A stretch of 64,000 nt of DNA from Candidatus Cloacimonadales bacterium. Lineage in GTDB: Bacteria > Cloacimonadota > Cloacimonadia > Cloacimonadales > JAIOQZ01. Shown here one piece after another: positions 12,022 to 21,726 of this stretch; position 1 is the first letter of the stretch, and the number at the start of each line of letters is the position of its first letter. The DNA lies in assembly GCA_963665815.1 (NCBI GenBank), contig OY762463.1, positions 2,144,001 to 2,208,000 of the forward strand. The letters are read 5' to 3'. The notes under the pieces were generated by a model. That model was not told where the DNA came from. It saw only the letters and a program-made list of their open reading frames with translations, and searched no databases. A program made the translations under genes and the position numbers.

Positions 12022-12546
12022 TTATTTATTAATTTGTACATTCTCGGCAGCAATTTCAACCGGAGTAACACGTCCAAACACAGTCACATCTACAGTTAAC
12101 TTATTACTGTCAGCACTAACGTGCTTGATTATGCCTTCAAAATCGGTAAATGGACCGGAAGTAATCATCACTATATCCCCTGGAAGGAAATCATAACCAC
12201 TTTTCTTATCGCTATCACGATCATTAATACCAAGAAGTCTGTTTACTTCTTCAACAGACAATGGTATTGCTTTTTTTCCGGTACCAAGAAAGTTAGTCAC
12301 ACCAGGCATTCTTCTTACAAATGCATATACTTCTGGGGTCAGATCAGCTTCAAGAATAATATAACTGTTGAAAACTTTCTTTTCCCTTTCTACTTTTTTA
12401 CCGTCTCTTATTACGAAAGTTTTCTGTGTGGGAATAAGTATCTGACCTATTTTGTCTTCAAAAGGAGTATCAATTTTACCTTTTTCGATCAACTCTTTGA
12501 TCTTGAACTCCTGCGAAGCAAAGGTGTGAACAACATACCATTTCAT
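12022..12546 (-). CDS. nusG: Transcription factor NusG
   Basis: KWYVVHT, PGVTNF, KOW motif [17 protein letters not shown]. Confidence 0.97.
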   Translation of the reverse strand: MKWYVVHTFASQEFKIKELIEKGKIDTPFEDKIGQILIPTQKTFVIRDGKKVEREKKVFNSYIILEADLTPEVYAFVRRMPGVTNFLGTGKKAIPLSVEEVNRLLGINDRDSDKKSGYDFLPGDIVMITSGPFTDFEGIIKHVSADSNKLTVDVTVFGRVTPVEIAAENVQINK

Positions 12547-12551
12547 TATAA

Positions 12552-12740
12552 TTAACCTCTAAAAATCACGTATTTCAGAATTACACTGAAAGCAGAATCA
12601 ACGATCCAGAGAAACATGGAAGTGATAGCACCCATTACGACTACAACAGTTGTACCTTCTTTAAGGTCAGCTTTAGTAGGCCAGTTTATGAACTTCATTT
12701 CCTGTCTCACGTCTTTTAAAAACTTTATAAGCTTATTCAT
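12552..12740 (-). CDS. secE: Preprotein translocase SecE
   Basis: FLKDVRQEMKFINWPT plus one TM helix; between trnW and nusG. Confidence 0.93.
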   Translation of the reverse strand: MNKLIKFLKDVRQEMKFINWPTKADLKEGTTVVVVMGAITSMFLWIVDSAFSVILKYVIFRG

Positions 12741-12800
12741 AAGCAACTCTTTTGTTATTATAAATAAAAGGAAGAGATGAACTCATCCTTTTATAATTAA

Positions 12801-12876
12801 TGGCAGGACAGGCAGGAATCGAACCCGCAACCCCTGGTTTTGGAGACCAGTGCTCTGCCAATTGAGCTACTATCCT
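12801..12876 (-). tRNA. tRNA-Trp (CCA)
   Basis: AGGATAG acceptor stem, CCA anticodon, GGTTCGA T-loop, encoded CCA end. Confidence 0.97.
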
Positions 12877-12887
12877 ACCGAAATTTA

Positions 12888-13037
12888 TTATTTAGTTTGC
12901 TTATGGCTAGTGTGCTTATTACATTTAGGACAATACTTTTTCAACTCAAGACGACCAGGGTGGTTACGTCTATTCTTTGTAGTTGAATAGTTTCTGTTCT
13001 TGCATTCAGCACAAGCCATTATAATTATTTCTCTCAT
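12888..13037 (-). CDS. rpmG: 50S ribosomal protein L33, Zn-binding type (49 aa, missing from ORF track)
   Basis: Hand translation [49 protein letters not shown]. Confidence 0.97.
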   Translation of the reverse strand: MREIIIMACAECKNRNYSTTKNRRNHPGRLELKKYCPKCNKHTSHKQTK

Positions 13038-13053
13038 TTTCTTTCTCTATCTT

Positions 13054-14247
13054 TTAGTCATCAATTACATCACCGACAACGCCAGCGCCGATAGTTCTTC
13101 CACCTTCACGAATAGCGAAGCGAAGACCTTTCTCCATAGCGATCGGAGTAATAAGTTCTACGTCTACTGTTACGTTATCACCTGGCATTACCATTTCTAC
13201 ACCTTCTGGTAATGTAAGACTTCCTGTAACGTCTGTTGTTCTAAAGTAAAACTGTGGGCGGTAACCGCTGAAGAATGGCTTATGTCGTCCACCTTCATCT
13301 TTGGTTAATACATAAGTTTCACCTTTGAACTTTGTGTGTGGAGTGATGGATTTTGGCTTAGCAAGTACCATTCCACGCTCTACATCGCTCTTAGCCATGC
13401 CGCGAAGAAGGATCCCTACGTTATCTCCAGCTTCTCCTTGTTCAAGAATCTTACGGAACATTTCTACACCGGTACATACTACTTCTACTGTTTCGCGGAT
13501 ACCGATACGTGACATCTTTTCTCCCATCTTGATTACGCCACGCTCAATTTTACCTGTCGCTACTGTTCCACGACCAGGAATTGAGAATACGTCCTCAACA
13601 GGCATTAAGAATGGTCTGTCTGTATCACGCTCTGGAAGCGGTACATACTCATCTACTCTGTCCATCAGTTCTTGAATCTGTGCTTCACCTTCAGGATCTG
13701 CATTAAGAGCTTTCAAAGCTGATCCCATTACGATTGGAATATCGTCGCCTGGGAAATCATATTCTGATAATAAGTCTCTTACTTCAAGCTCTACAAGTTC
13801 TAATAATTCTTCATCATCTACGAGATCGCATTTGTTAAGAAATACTACCATTGCTGGGACTCCAACCTGACGCGCAAGAAGGATGTGCTCTCGTGTCTGA
13901 GGCATTGGACCGTCTGCTGCACTTACTACAAGTATAGCGCCGTCCATCTGAGCTGCGCCGGTAATCATGTTCTTTACATAATCCGCGTGACCTGGACAAT
14001 CCACGTGTGCGTAGTGACGGTTGTCTGTCTCATACTCTACGTGTGCTGTTGCGATGGTAATACCACGCTCACGCTCTTCCGGTGCGTTGTCAATACTGTC
14101 GAATGATCTGAATTCTGCAGCTCCACCCTTTTTCTTACTCAGATAAAGAGTTATTGCTGCTGTCAATGTTGTTTTTCCATGATCAACGTGGCCTATTGTA
14201 CCAATGTTGACATGAGGTTTCGTGCGAACAAATTTTTCCTTAGCCAT
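13054..14247 (-). CDS. tuf: Elongation factor Tu (tufB-context copy)
   Basis: [27 protein letters not shown]; follows tRNA cluster; start reassigned to 14247. Confidence 0.99.
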   Translation of the reverse strand: MAKEKFVRTKPHVNIGTIGHVDHGKTTLTAAITLYLSKKKGGAAEFRSFDSIDNAPEERERGITIATAHVEYETDNRHYAHVDCPGHADYVKNMITGAAQMDGAILVVSAADGPMPQTREHILLARQVGVPAMVVFLNKCDLVDDEELLELVELEVRDLLSEYDFPGDDIPIVMGSALKALNADPEGEAQIQELMDRVDEYVPLPERDTDRPFLMPVEDVFSIPGRGTVATGKIERGVIKMGEKMSRIGIRETVEVVCTGVEMFRKILEQGEAGDNVGILLRGMAKSDVERGMVLAKPKSITPHTKFKGETYVLTKDEGGRHKPFFSGYRPQFYFRTTDVTGSLTLPEGVEMVMPGDNVTVDVELITPIAMEKGLRFAIREGGRTIGAGVVGDVIDD

Positions 14248-14345
14248 CGTTCCTCCAGGGCTATACATTATTATATTATATATATATTTACACAATAAAT
14301 ATTAAATTAAGTTTTCTGTCAAAAAAAACATAAACAAAAAAATTA

Positions 14346-14421
14346 TGGAGCTCATGACCGGACTTGAACCGGTGACCTCATCCTTACCAAGGATGTGCTC
14401 TACCGACTGAGCTACATGAGC
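14346..14421 (-). tRNA. tRNA-Thr (GGT)
   Basis: Cloverleaf GCTCATG..., anticodon GGT, CCA end. Confidence 0.97.
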
Positions 14422-14444
14422 AGACTCCATTTACATAAAAAAAA

Positions 14445-14521
14445 TGGAGCGGGAAACGAGATTCGAACTCGCGACCCTCAGCTTGGAAGGCTGATGCTCT
14501 AGCCAGCTGAGCTATTCCCGC
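14445..14521 (-). tRNA. tRNA-Gly (TCC)
   Basis: GCGGGAA acceptor, anticodon TCC, CCA end. Confidence 0.97.
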
Positions 14522-14528
14522 TCAATTA

Positions 14529-14613
14529 TGGTGGAGAGGGGAGGATTCGAACCTCCGAAGGCTTCGCCGACAGATTTACAGTCTGTTCCCTTTGACCGCT
14601 CGGGAACCTCTCC
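14529..14613 (-). tRNA. tRNA-Tyr (GTA)
   Basis: GGAGAGG acceptor, anticodon GTA, long variable arm, CCA end. Confidence 0.97.
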
Positions 14614-14620
14614 GAATATA

Positions 14621-14695
14621 TGGAGCCGATGAAGGGAGTTGAACCCCCGACCGACTGATTACAAATCAGTTGCTCTACCACTGAGCTACATCGGC
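14621..14695 (-). tRNA. tRNA-Thr (TGT)
   Basis: GCCGATG acceptor, anticodon TGT, CCA end; canonical Thr-Tyr-Gly-Thr-tuf cluster. Confidence 0.97.
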
Positions 14696-14718
14696 TTTAT
14701 TAATCAACTGTGAGAACA

Positions 14719-14841
14719 CAAAATTAACCATCAACTTTCTTGTCAATATTTTTTTTCACTCTATTTTTCTTTTTCAAAAATCAACCAAACTCAACTTATG
14801 TGAGCGGTGCAAAATACAGAATCACCGTGAATTTCTGTCAA
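14719..14841 (-). promoter_or_regulatory. Tandem promoters of the tRNA-tuf operon
   Basis: Two TTGACA boxes (14741-46, 14836-41), each followed by TAATTTTG / GTATTTTG and preceded by A-tracts. Confidence 0.55.
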
Positions 14842-14933
14842 TAAATTTTTATCTTTTTCTTCATTTTGTCGTAAAATTACTACATTTCAAAGAAATAGAC
14901 CTACTTTTTTAGCAGAATCATAACAAAAAAAAT

Positions 14934-16310
14934 TTACTTACGAGTCCACTTTGTGCCATCAGGAGTATCCATAAGAACTATTCCAAGCCCCTTCAGTTCA
15001 TCCCGAATCATATCAGAATATTGCCACATTTTTTCTTTTTTAAAGGCATTTCTGCACTTGATAAGCAGTTTGACCAACTCTTCTGAACTTTCTCCACTCT
15101 TTAATTTCTCTTCCGGATTCTGGAAAAATCCTAATGAACCACCAAGCTTCAGCAATAATGAAGCAGCCATTTTCCTGTCAGATTCTTCCACAGAGAAGTT
15201 TTTGACTGACTTAGAAAGGTCAAAAAGTACAGCAATAGCCTTTGCAGTATTAAAATCATCCTGCATTGCAGCATTAAATTCCTCTTCATACTTGCTCATA
15301 CTATCATCTACAGTCAAAGCTCTGACCTCTTTAATATCTATCATACTGAGAGCATCATAGAAATTTGCTACAGCTTTCTCAGATTCAGCCAGAATTTCTG
15401 CATTATAGTCTATTGGACTTCTGTAGTGCTTAGACAGAAAATAAAAGCGTACAGTCTCAGAATCATACTTCTCCAGTACTTCTCTTGCCAGAAAGAAATT
15501 TTTGAGACTCTTGGACATCTTTTCGCCATCTATGTTGAGAAAACCGACATGCATCCAAACTTTAGCAAGCTCACTGTGATAAAGAGCTTTTGCCTGAGCA
15601 TTTTCGTTTTCATGATGAGGGAATAACAAATCAGTTCCACCACCATGGATATCGAACGGAACACCAAGCAGATCTTTTGACATTACAACACATTCTGTAT
15701 GCCAGCCTGGTCTGCCTTTTCCCCATGGAGATCCCCATTCAGGTTCTCCCGGTTTAGCATCTTTCCATAATGTAAAATCAGCAGGATTTTTCTTAGCTGT
15801 ATTTTCAGCAACTCTGGCACCGGCAATCAGATCTTCCACTTTTCTTCCGGAAAGAGAACCGTAGCCCTTAAATGAATCGACAGAGAAGTATACATCTCCG
15901 TTCTGTTCATATGCAAAACCATTATCAACAAGTTCTTTAATGAAACGGATCATTTCTTTAATATATTTTGTAGCTTTAGGCTGATGAGTCGGTGTATCGA
16001 TTCCAAGCTTTGCCCTGTCTTCATTAAATGCACTGATGTATTTCTCAGCTACTTTTGAAGCCTTAACATCTTCTTCAATTGCTTGAGCTATTATTTTATC
16101 ATCTATATCAGTTAAGTTCTGTACGTAATTAACATCATAACCGATAAACTCAAAATATCTTTTCACTACATCGAAAAACATGAAAGTTCTGGCATTACCA
16201 ATATGGAAGTAATTGTATACGGTAGGTCCGCAGGCATACATTCTTACCTTACCTTCTTCTATTGGTTTGAATTCTTCTTTCTTACGTGTATAACTATTAT
16301 ATATTTTCAC
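14934..16310 (-). CDS. cysS: Cysteinyl-tRNA synthetase
   Basis: CGPTVY..HIGNAR, GRPGWHTEC, FPHHENE, KMSKS. Confidence 0.98.
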   Translation of the reverse strand: MKIYNSYTRKKEEFKPIEEGKVRMYACGPTVYNYFHIGNARTFMFFDVVKRYFEFIGYDVNYVQNLTDIDDKIIAQAIEEDVKASKVAEKYISAFNEDRAKLGIDTPTHQPKATKYIKEMIRFIKELVDNGFAYEQNGDVYFSVDSFKGYGSLSGRKVEDLIAGARVAENTAKKNPADFTLWKDAKPGEPEWGSPWGKGRPGWHTECVVMSKDLLGVPFDIHGGGTDLLFPHHENENAQAKALYHSELAKVWMHVGFLNIDGEKMSKSLKNFFLAREVLEKYDSETVRFYFLSKHYRSPIDYNAEILAESEKAVANFYDALSMIDIKEVRALTVDDSMSKYEEEFNAAMQDDFNTAKAIAVLFDLSKSVKNFSVEESDRKMAASLLLKLGGSLGFFQNPEEKLKSGESSEELVKLLIKCRNAFKKEKMWQYSDMIRDELKGLGIVLMDTPDGTKWTRK

Positions 16311-16860
16311 TTACATTCTCCCTGGAATTATCATTTATAAGTACAGTCAGCGATTGATTCCCATATTTATTATCAAACAAGACTCTATACTTTTCAGAAG
16401 CAACCGGCTCATAGGATGAATGCTCAATCACAAGTAATCCATCTTCCTTCAGAACATCCATTTCCTGTACCAAATCTATTGTCTTTTTTATTAGCCCCTT
16501 ATCATACGGGGGATCCATCAGAATAAGGTCATATTTCTTTTCTGTTACTTTGAGATATGCTGATACTTTACGTTTATTTACTCTACATATACTTCGGACA
16601 TCAAGCATGTCGATATTCCGGAACAGCGTTTTCATTGCATTTGAAGACATCTCTATAAAGTCTACAAATGCTGCTCCGCGACTCAGTGCTTCAAGTCCGA
16701 GACTCCCTGTACCTGCATATAGATCCAGAACCAGATTATCATCACAATTCTCAATGACGGAAAACATTGCTTCCTTCATGAAATCGGTTGTAGGACGAGT
16801 TCTGTTTCCCGGTATTGTATGCAGTTTTCTTCCTTTATATTTACCGGTTATAATTCTCAT
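16297..16860 (-). CDS. rsmD: 16S rRNA m2G966 methyltransferase RsmD
   Basis: MRIITGKYKGR, TRPTTD, LDLYAGTGSLGLEALSRGA, DPPY. Confidence 0.95.
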   Translation of the reverse strand: MRIITGKYKGRKLHTIPGNRTRPTTDFMKEAMFSVIENCDDNLVLDLYAGTGSLGLEALSRGAAFVDFIEMSSNAMKTLFRNIDMLDVRSICRVNKRKVSAYLKVTEKKYDLILMDPPYDKGLIKKTIDLVQEMDVLKEDGLLVIEHSSYEPVASEKYRVLFDNKYGNQSLTVLINDNSRENVSENI

Positions 16861-17012
16861 TTCTTTTTCTTTCTTTTCGGTTTAAAATTAAGTGTCAATT
16901 GAACTGATCTTGGTTCGAATTTTGGGCATCCAAGCAAGATAATATGATCCGGTTGTTTGCATTTTCTGAGACACTTTTCGCAAAGTTTATTTATTTTCTT
17001 ATCTTTTTCCAT
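16857..17012 (-). CDS. Small 4-Cys basic protein (51 aa), not in ORF track
   Basis: MEKDKKINKLCEKCLRKCKQPDHIILLGCPKFEPRSVQLTLNFKPKRKKKK; start overlaps upstream gene end, stop forms ATGA overlap with rsmD. Confidence 0.8.
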   Translation of the reverse strand: MEKDKKINKLCEKCLRKCKQPDHIILLGCPKFEPRSVQLTLNFKPKRKKKK

Positions 17013-17733
17013 TATTTTTTAAATCCTGAATAAATCCTATCATTTCGAATATTGATATTTCACCAATTTTCTTCTGTTTCCCAAAGTGTTTCTCCATTTT
17101 CTCCGCAAGATCACCAACCTTGCAATGCAGTATACCTGAAAACAGATTATTCATTATTGGTATTGCCTGCTTAATTACTTCCGGTTCCACATTGGCTTTT
17201 ACAGACTGTTTCACAGTAGGTTCCTGTTCTTTAACTTCATCCTGTTGATTCGTCAGAAGCTTTGCAATATCAAGATCCGTCTCATCATCACTTTCAAGCT
17301 CAGCAAATGCATCATCCTTTTCAGGATCATATGAGCTGTTTTCTACTTTCTTATTAACAGGAACCATCTTTTCAGAAACTTCCACAGGTTCCTCAGGAAT
17401 TTCATTTTCCTGAACATCCAGTTCTTCAGGGAACTCTGATAAAGGCATATCAGATTCCAGAGCTTCCTGATATTCGGAATACTTGCTTTCTGAAAGAATC
17501 ATAAAATTACCTACTTCTTTCTCAGTGAAGATAGATTTGACAGGTTCGCTTAACTCACTGCTGTTGACAAGTAATTCCTGAAGCTGCTTGATTTTCTGCT
17601 GAGTCTCATCTTCCGGTTTCGTGAAATGCAGTTTCTTGTATGTTACCAGAGCATCAATAATCTGATTCTGACTTTCATATAGTTTTGCCAGCGTGAGTGT
17701 CGGTCCCAACTCATTCGGTTTCAGTTTTTCCAT
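16999..17733 (-). CDS. Hypothetical protein, N-terminal TPR-like helix pair and long acidic linker
   Basis: TLTLAKLYESQNQIIDALVTYKKL; E/D-rich middle; overlaps both neighbours. Confidence 0.75.
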   Translation of the reverse strand: MEKLKPNELGPTLTLAKLYESQNQIIDALVTYKKLHFTKPEDETQQKIKQLQELLVNSSELSEPVKSIFTEKEVGNFMILSESKYSEYQEALESDMPLSEFPEELDVQENEIPEEPVEVSEKMVPVNKKVENSSYDPEKDDAFAELESDDETDLDIAKLLTNQQDEVKEQEPTVKQSVKANVEPEVIKQAIPIMNNLFSGILHCKVGDLAEKMEKHFGKQKKIGEISIFEMIGFIQDLKNNGKR

Positions 17734-18166
17734 TAACTTCTCCTGTCGTTATCATATCTTTAAGTTTATCAAACTTCTTTATTCCAATACCATTCACATT
17801 TAATAAATCATTTATATTTGTGAAGTTACCTTCGCTTTTTCTGTATTCAATGATTCTCAATGCAGTCGCTTCGCCAACTCCTGGCAGTTTGCACAATCCA
17901 TCTTTATCTGCTGCATTTATATCAATCAGAATATCTCTTTTGGTATCATCCACAAGATCAGTCTCCAATGCATTCCTATTTACAGCAACACGGGTTCTCG
18001 CAGTATCAGCAATAATCTGCTTCATATTCATTGAAGCAACATCAGATTCTTCTGACGCTTTGTTTATTGATTTTAAGCCAACTGCTTTAATTACAACAGA
18101 TAGCATCACTGCTCCGAGAATGAATAATATTATTCTAAGCTCATTTGCTGTAAATATTTTTTTCAT
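17711..18166 (-). CDS. comEA: ComEA-family DNA-binding competence protein
   Basis: N-terminal TM; IDINAAD..LCKLPGVGEATALRIIEYR...LLNVNGIGIKKFDKLK tandem HhH. Confidence 0.9.
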   Translation of the reverse strand: MKKIFTANELRIILFILGAVMLSVVIKAVGLKSINKASEESDVASMNMKQIIADTARTRVAVNRNALETDLVDDTKRDILIDINAADKDGLCKLPGVGEATALRIIEYRKSEGNFTNINDLLNVNGIGIKKFDKLKDMITTGEVNGKTETE

Positions 18167-18169
18167 ATC

Positions 18170-18562
18170 TTATTTTCTGGGCTTTAGAAATTTAGATTCT
18201 GCTTTAACACAGATATTGTTTTCTGTGTCTGTAATTTCACCTGAACAGAGAAAAAGTCTGGAAGATCTTTTATTGATTCTGCTGGTGACTGTATATTCCT
18301 TATCAACATTCACCTGTCTGAGAAAATCTACATTTATGTTCACAGTAAAAGCTGTAATATCCTCATCCAGAAGAATCTTTGCCATTGCTTCATCCATAAT
18401 CGTACTGAGAATTCCTCCATGTACTATATCAGGATATCCTTCATATCTTGAATCAAGACAGAATTTACAGATCATTTCTTCGTCTTTTCTTACAAACTGA
18501 AGCTTTAGTCCTATGGGATTTTCCATCCCACAGGCAAAACAATTATTGTATTGCTCTTCCAT
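18170..18562 (-). CDS. PaaI/hotdog-fold thioesterase
   Basis: CFACGMENPIGLKL, YEGYPDIVHGGILSTIMDEAM. Confidence 0.9.
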   Translation of the reverse strand: MEEQYNNCFACGMENPIGLKLQFVRKDEEMICKFCLDSRYEGYPDIVHGGILSTIMDEAMAKILLDEDITAFTVNINVDFLRQVNVDKEYTVTSRINKRSSRLFLCSGEITDTENNICVKAESKFLKPRK

Positions 18563-18777
18563 AACGTTATTATACCTTCATATATATCATCGAACAAAAG
18601 CAACAGCAGGTTGTGCATTGCCCAAATTAATAATAATTCCTGAATTTACTGTTTACAGCATTTTGACAAATTAAAATGTTTGCAAAATATTTCAAGTAAA
18701 AAAACATAAGATCTTGCAATATATAATTAGATTAGTCTGTAATATAAGACTCTGCAAAACTAATGAAAGGATTTATT

Positions 18778-19020
18778 ATGAGACCTATAGAAAGAAAAGT
18801 TATTAAATCACTTAAAAATGATACATTCACAATTTATGATGTAGAGGAAATCGTGGATTCTACTTCCAGAACCGAACTTAAAAAAAGCTACCCTGATGAC
18901 AGTCATTTCCAATCGGCAAAATACTTCGCAAAGAGCATCGTCAACGCCCTTCTGCGATATAAGCTTATTGAAAGAGATGGTAGTAAATTCAAGAAAATTC
19001 AGATGCAGAAGAGTGAGTAG
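18778..19020 (+). CDS. Small hypothetical protein, possibly winged-helix
   Basis: MRPIERK after AAAGGA SD; C-terminal AKSIVNALLRYKLIERDGSKF resembles helix plus wing. Confidence 0.6.
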   Translation: MRPIERKVIKSLKNDTFTIYDVEEIVDSTSRTELKKSYPDDSHFQSAKYFAKSIVNALLRYKLIERDGSKFKKIQMQKSE

Positions 19021-19055
19021 ATTCTCTCAATTAATGTGTCATGAATAATCATATT

Positions 19056-19080
19056 AGACGTTGCATGCAACGTCTCTACA
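19056..19080 (-). repeat. GTAG-class REP-like palindrome
   Basis: Perfect 20-bp palindrome AGACGTTGCATGCAACGTCT; minus strand reads TGTAG-AGACGTTGCATGCAACGTCT; between convergent genes. Confidence 0.75.
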
Positions 19081-19109
19081 TCCTCTAAAGGCATTGGTTG
19101 TGATCCCCC

Positions 19110-19679
19110 CTACTCCTTTATCTTAATTGGCAGGAAGCTCAAGAACGAGGTTACTTCAGGATAGCTGAAGATTCCTCCATTGGTATCATTAGCAAACGGA
19201 TCAATCATATAACCTCTTGCCTGCGAAAAATCTGCTCCATGAAAACTGCATTGCTGGAATCGTGTATTATGGAACTCACTCTCATGGAAAACAGCATTGG
19301 ATAAATCACTTTCGAGAAAGTCACACTCCTTGATAATGCATTCTTCAAACTTACGTTTCACCAGATCATTACTATAGAATACGGAGTTAGTAATTACAGA
19401 CCTGTAAAAATCTATAGAGAAAACGAACTTATTAACAAAGCTGAAATTGCAACCCATGATCTTTGAATCATAGAATTCCAGATCAAACAGCCTTGCGTTG
19501 TTCAATTTCAGCAAAAGCCACTCAGATGAATAAAACTTGCAGGATTTAATTGAACTGTTCGCTAAGCTCATTTCTCTAAAATAACACCTTTCGAATATAC
19601 ATTCTTCAAATTCAATTCCATCCAGTCTGTATGATGAGAAATCTATATCAATGAATTTTGCATTCTCATAGTTTTCCAT
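19110..19679 (-). CDS. Pentapeptide repeat protein
   Basis: Repeats such as EFEECIFERCYF, SDLSNAVFHESEF, CSFHGADFSQA; start uncertain (MENYEN chosen). Confidence 0.88.
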   Translation of the reverse strand: MENYENAKFIDIDFSSYRLDGIEFEECIFERCYFREMSLANSSIKSCKFYSSEWLLLKLNNARLFDLEFYDSKIMGCNFSFVNKFVFSIDFYRSVITNSVFYSNDLVKRKFEECIIKECDFLESDLSNAVFHESEFHNTRFQQCSFHGADFSQARGYMIDPFANDTNGGIFSYPEVTSFLSFLPIKIKE

Positions 19680-19918
19680 TAATACCAATCCGGTTTCAGG
19701 TGTGTATGTTTTAATAGTAGTCTCCTTATAAAAGCTTCTTTCCCCTTTTCTGTGCCATTTGCAGTATACGATGTCAATTAAAAAGCTTGTTCTCCACAAA
19801 ATACAGGTGATTTAGTTTCTCTAATCTGACAAATCTTTCTTGACATTATTTCCATTTATACCAGCAATATGACAAATCTGCATGATCCTACATTACGATT
19901 TACAGAAAAGGAGAGGAA

Positions 19919-20296
19919 ATGTTTGAACCTATCGAATATATTATAGGATGTCTCGCAATTATACTTACTATTAGACTGTTTGTCGAGTGGAAAAGTAATT
20001 CGAAACTGAAATCCTATTACAAAAGCCTGTCACTTAATGTTAACAGCAGCTTGACTAAGGAAAAGATCAAAGCTAAAATACAGGATTTATATCTGCATAA
20101 CAAAATCAAAAACATCAGATACAAAGAAGATTATATCTGTTTCTCAGACAGATTCGATTTCCTATCAGAAGGCAATACTTATTACATCAAATACTCGAAC
20201 CCAAAAGAGCTTTACTTCAGAGGTAAGATGTATTTCTTTGCCACCAGCTATAACAAGTTTGAGTCGATGAGATTTTTCCTTTCTGACGTGAAGTAA
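19919..20296 (+). CDS. Hypothetical membrane-anchored protein
   Basis: AGGAGAGG SD, N-terminal hydrophobic segment, TTGACA upstream. Confidence 0.65.
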   Translation: MFEPIEYIIGCLAIILTIRLFVEWKSNSKLKSYYKSLSLNVNSSLTKEKIKAKIQDLYLHNKIKNIRYKEDYICFSDRFDFLSEGNTYYIKYSNPKELYFRGKMYFFATSYNKFESMRFFLSDVK

Positions 20297-20355
20297 ATAA
20301 TCATCTCGATATATATTAATGGCAGTTAAAATACCTGACAGCCTTTTCATTTGCT

Positions 20356-20901
20356 TTAAATCAAACTTTCCTGGTTTCTTGCCATTGCATCCAGACTGAG
20401 CTGTAAAAACTCATCCAGTTCCATATCAAATTCTGAGCATGAAGCAATCTGTTCCCTGTTAGCACCAGCTGCAAATCTGGCAGTCTTATATTTCTTCTTC
20501 AGGGATTTCAATTTAATATTAGCAATAGTTTTGTCAGGTCTCAGAATTGCTGCAGCAGTAATCAAACCGGTAATAGGATCGGCAGCATAAAGGCATTTAC
20601 TCAGCAGATCTTCTCTCGAAAAGTTCCCTCCATGAGCTTTAATCGCATATAACATGTCATCAGTAAGCTCATAGTCTTTGAGAATATCCATAGCAACCAG
20701 ACCATGCTTTTCCGGTAATTCATAGGTTTCATCATAATCAACATCATGCAGTAATCCGGTGATATACCATTTATCGACATCTTCCCCATACTTCTCAGCA
20801 AGATGTTCCATTACAAAGCCTACAGCAAGACTGTGTTTGATCATATTACCATTTTTCAGGTTATCTTTTATAAGTTCTAACGCTTGTTCTCTGTTTATCA
20901 T
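20356..20901 (-). CDS. HD/HDIG-domain hydrolase
   Basis: KHSLAV, GLLHDVDY, HG, AIKAH, LKKKYK..RFAAGANRE. Confidence 0.9.
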   Translation of the reverse strand: MINREQALELIKDNLKNGNMIKHSLAVGFVMEHLAEKYGEDVDKWYITGLLHDVDYDETYELPEKHGLVAMDILKDYELTDDMLYAIKAHGGNFSREDLLSKCLYAADPITGLITAAAILRPDKTIANIKLKSLKKKYKTARFAAGANREQIASCSEFDMELDEFLQLSLDAMARNQESLI

Positions 20902-21674
20902 AATTCATTCCTTATCTGCTTTACAGTTTCATGTGCACAAATACCAAAAGCAACTCCCACATTCAAAGAGTTCTTCCAGCCCAGTAAATCTATTTTAATC
21001 ACCTTATCGGCGTATTGCAGGATATCCTCATCTATTCCATTTGCTTCGTTGCCAAGAATGATAACAGCCGGTTCAATTATACCTGCTCCTGAAATCTCAA
21101 CGGCACCTTCACATGTTTCCAGAGCATAGATTGTTTTTCCTTTATCCTTACAAACCTGAAGATACTTATGAATATTTTCTGTATATGTCCAGCTTATATA
21201 TTCAGAGCTTCCCATAGCAGTTTTAAAAACTTTTGAGTTTTCAGGAGTTGCTGAATATCCGGAAAAAATGATGCGTGAAAATCCGAAGCATTCACTTGTT
21301 CTTATGATAGAACCAATATTGAATGTCGACCTCAGGCTATGAATTACAACTTCCACATCCAGCTTTTCTACAGCTCTTTCACCATCCGGTTGGTTGACTA
21401 CAAAGTCATGATCTCTTAAATTAAGACTCATTAGTCTTTCTATCAGACCTATGCAATCTCTTAAATCCTTGACAGAATTCAAGTCCAAAGGTTCAGTTTT
21501 TTCAATCAGGTCCTGGTCACCATAGAAAGTAATCAAAGATTTTAATAATTTTACTTGATTATTATCTATGCTGCCATTATTAATGATCTGATTTTCACTA
21601 AGAATTAATATCTTTCTTAGTATCTTCAGCTTCTGTTCTGATTTCAGGTTATTGAATTTTTCAGTAGTAATCAT
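20898..21674 (-). CDS. TrmH/SpoU-family RNA methyltransferase with N-terminal extension
   Basis: LRSTFNIGSIIRT, ILGNEANGI, KNSLNVGVA. Confidence 0.92.
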   Translation of the reverse strand: MITTEKFNNLKSEQKLKILRKILILSENQIINNGSIDNNQVKLLKSLITFYGDQDLIEKTEPLDLNSVKDLRDCIGLIERLMSLNLRDHDFVVNQPDGERAVEKLDVEVVIHSLRSTFNIGSIIRTSECFGFSRIIFSGYSATPENSKVFKTAMGSSEYISWTYTENIHKYLQVCKDKGKTIYALETCEGAVEISGAGIIEPAVIILGNEANGIDEDILQYADKVIKIDLLGWKNSLNVGVAFGICAHETVKQIRNEL

Positions 21675-21726
21675 GAATCAACAGAACGTGTATAAACTAA
21701 AACGTCAAGAACGAAATGAGGAATAT

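Noticed and set aside
14248-14295. N-terminal extension of tuf in the ORF track (similar cases: rplL, rpsL, pilM, marR, thioesterase)
   Set aside because: Downstream starts have clear SD sequences and match the family N-termini
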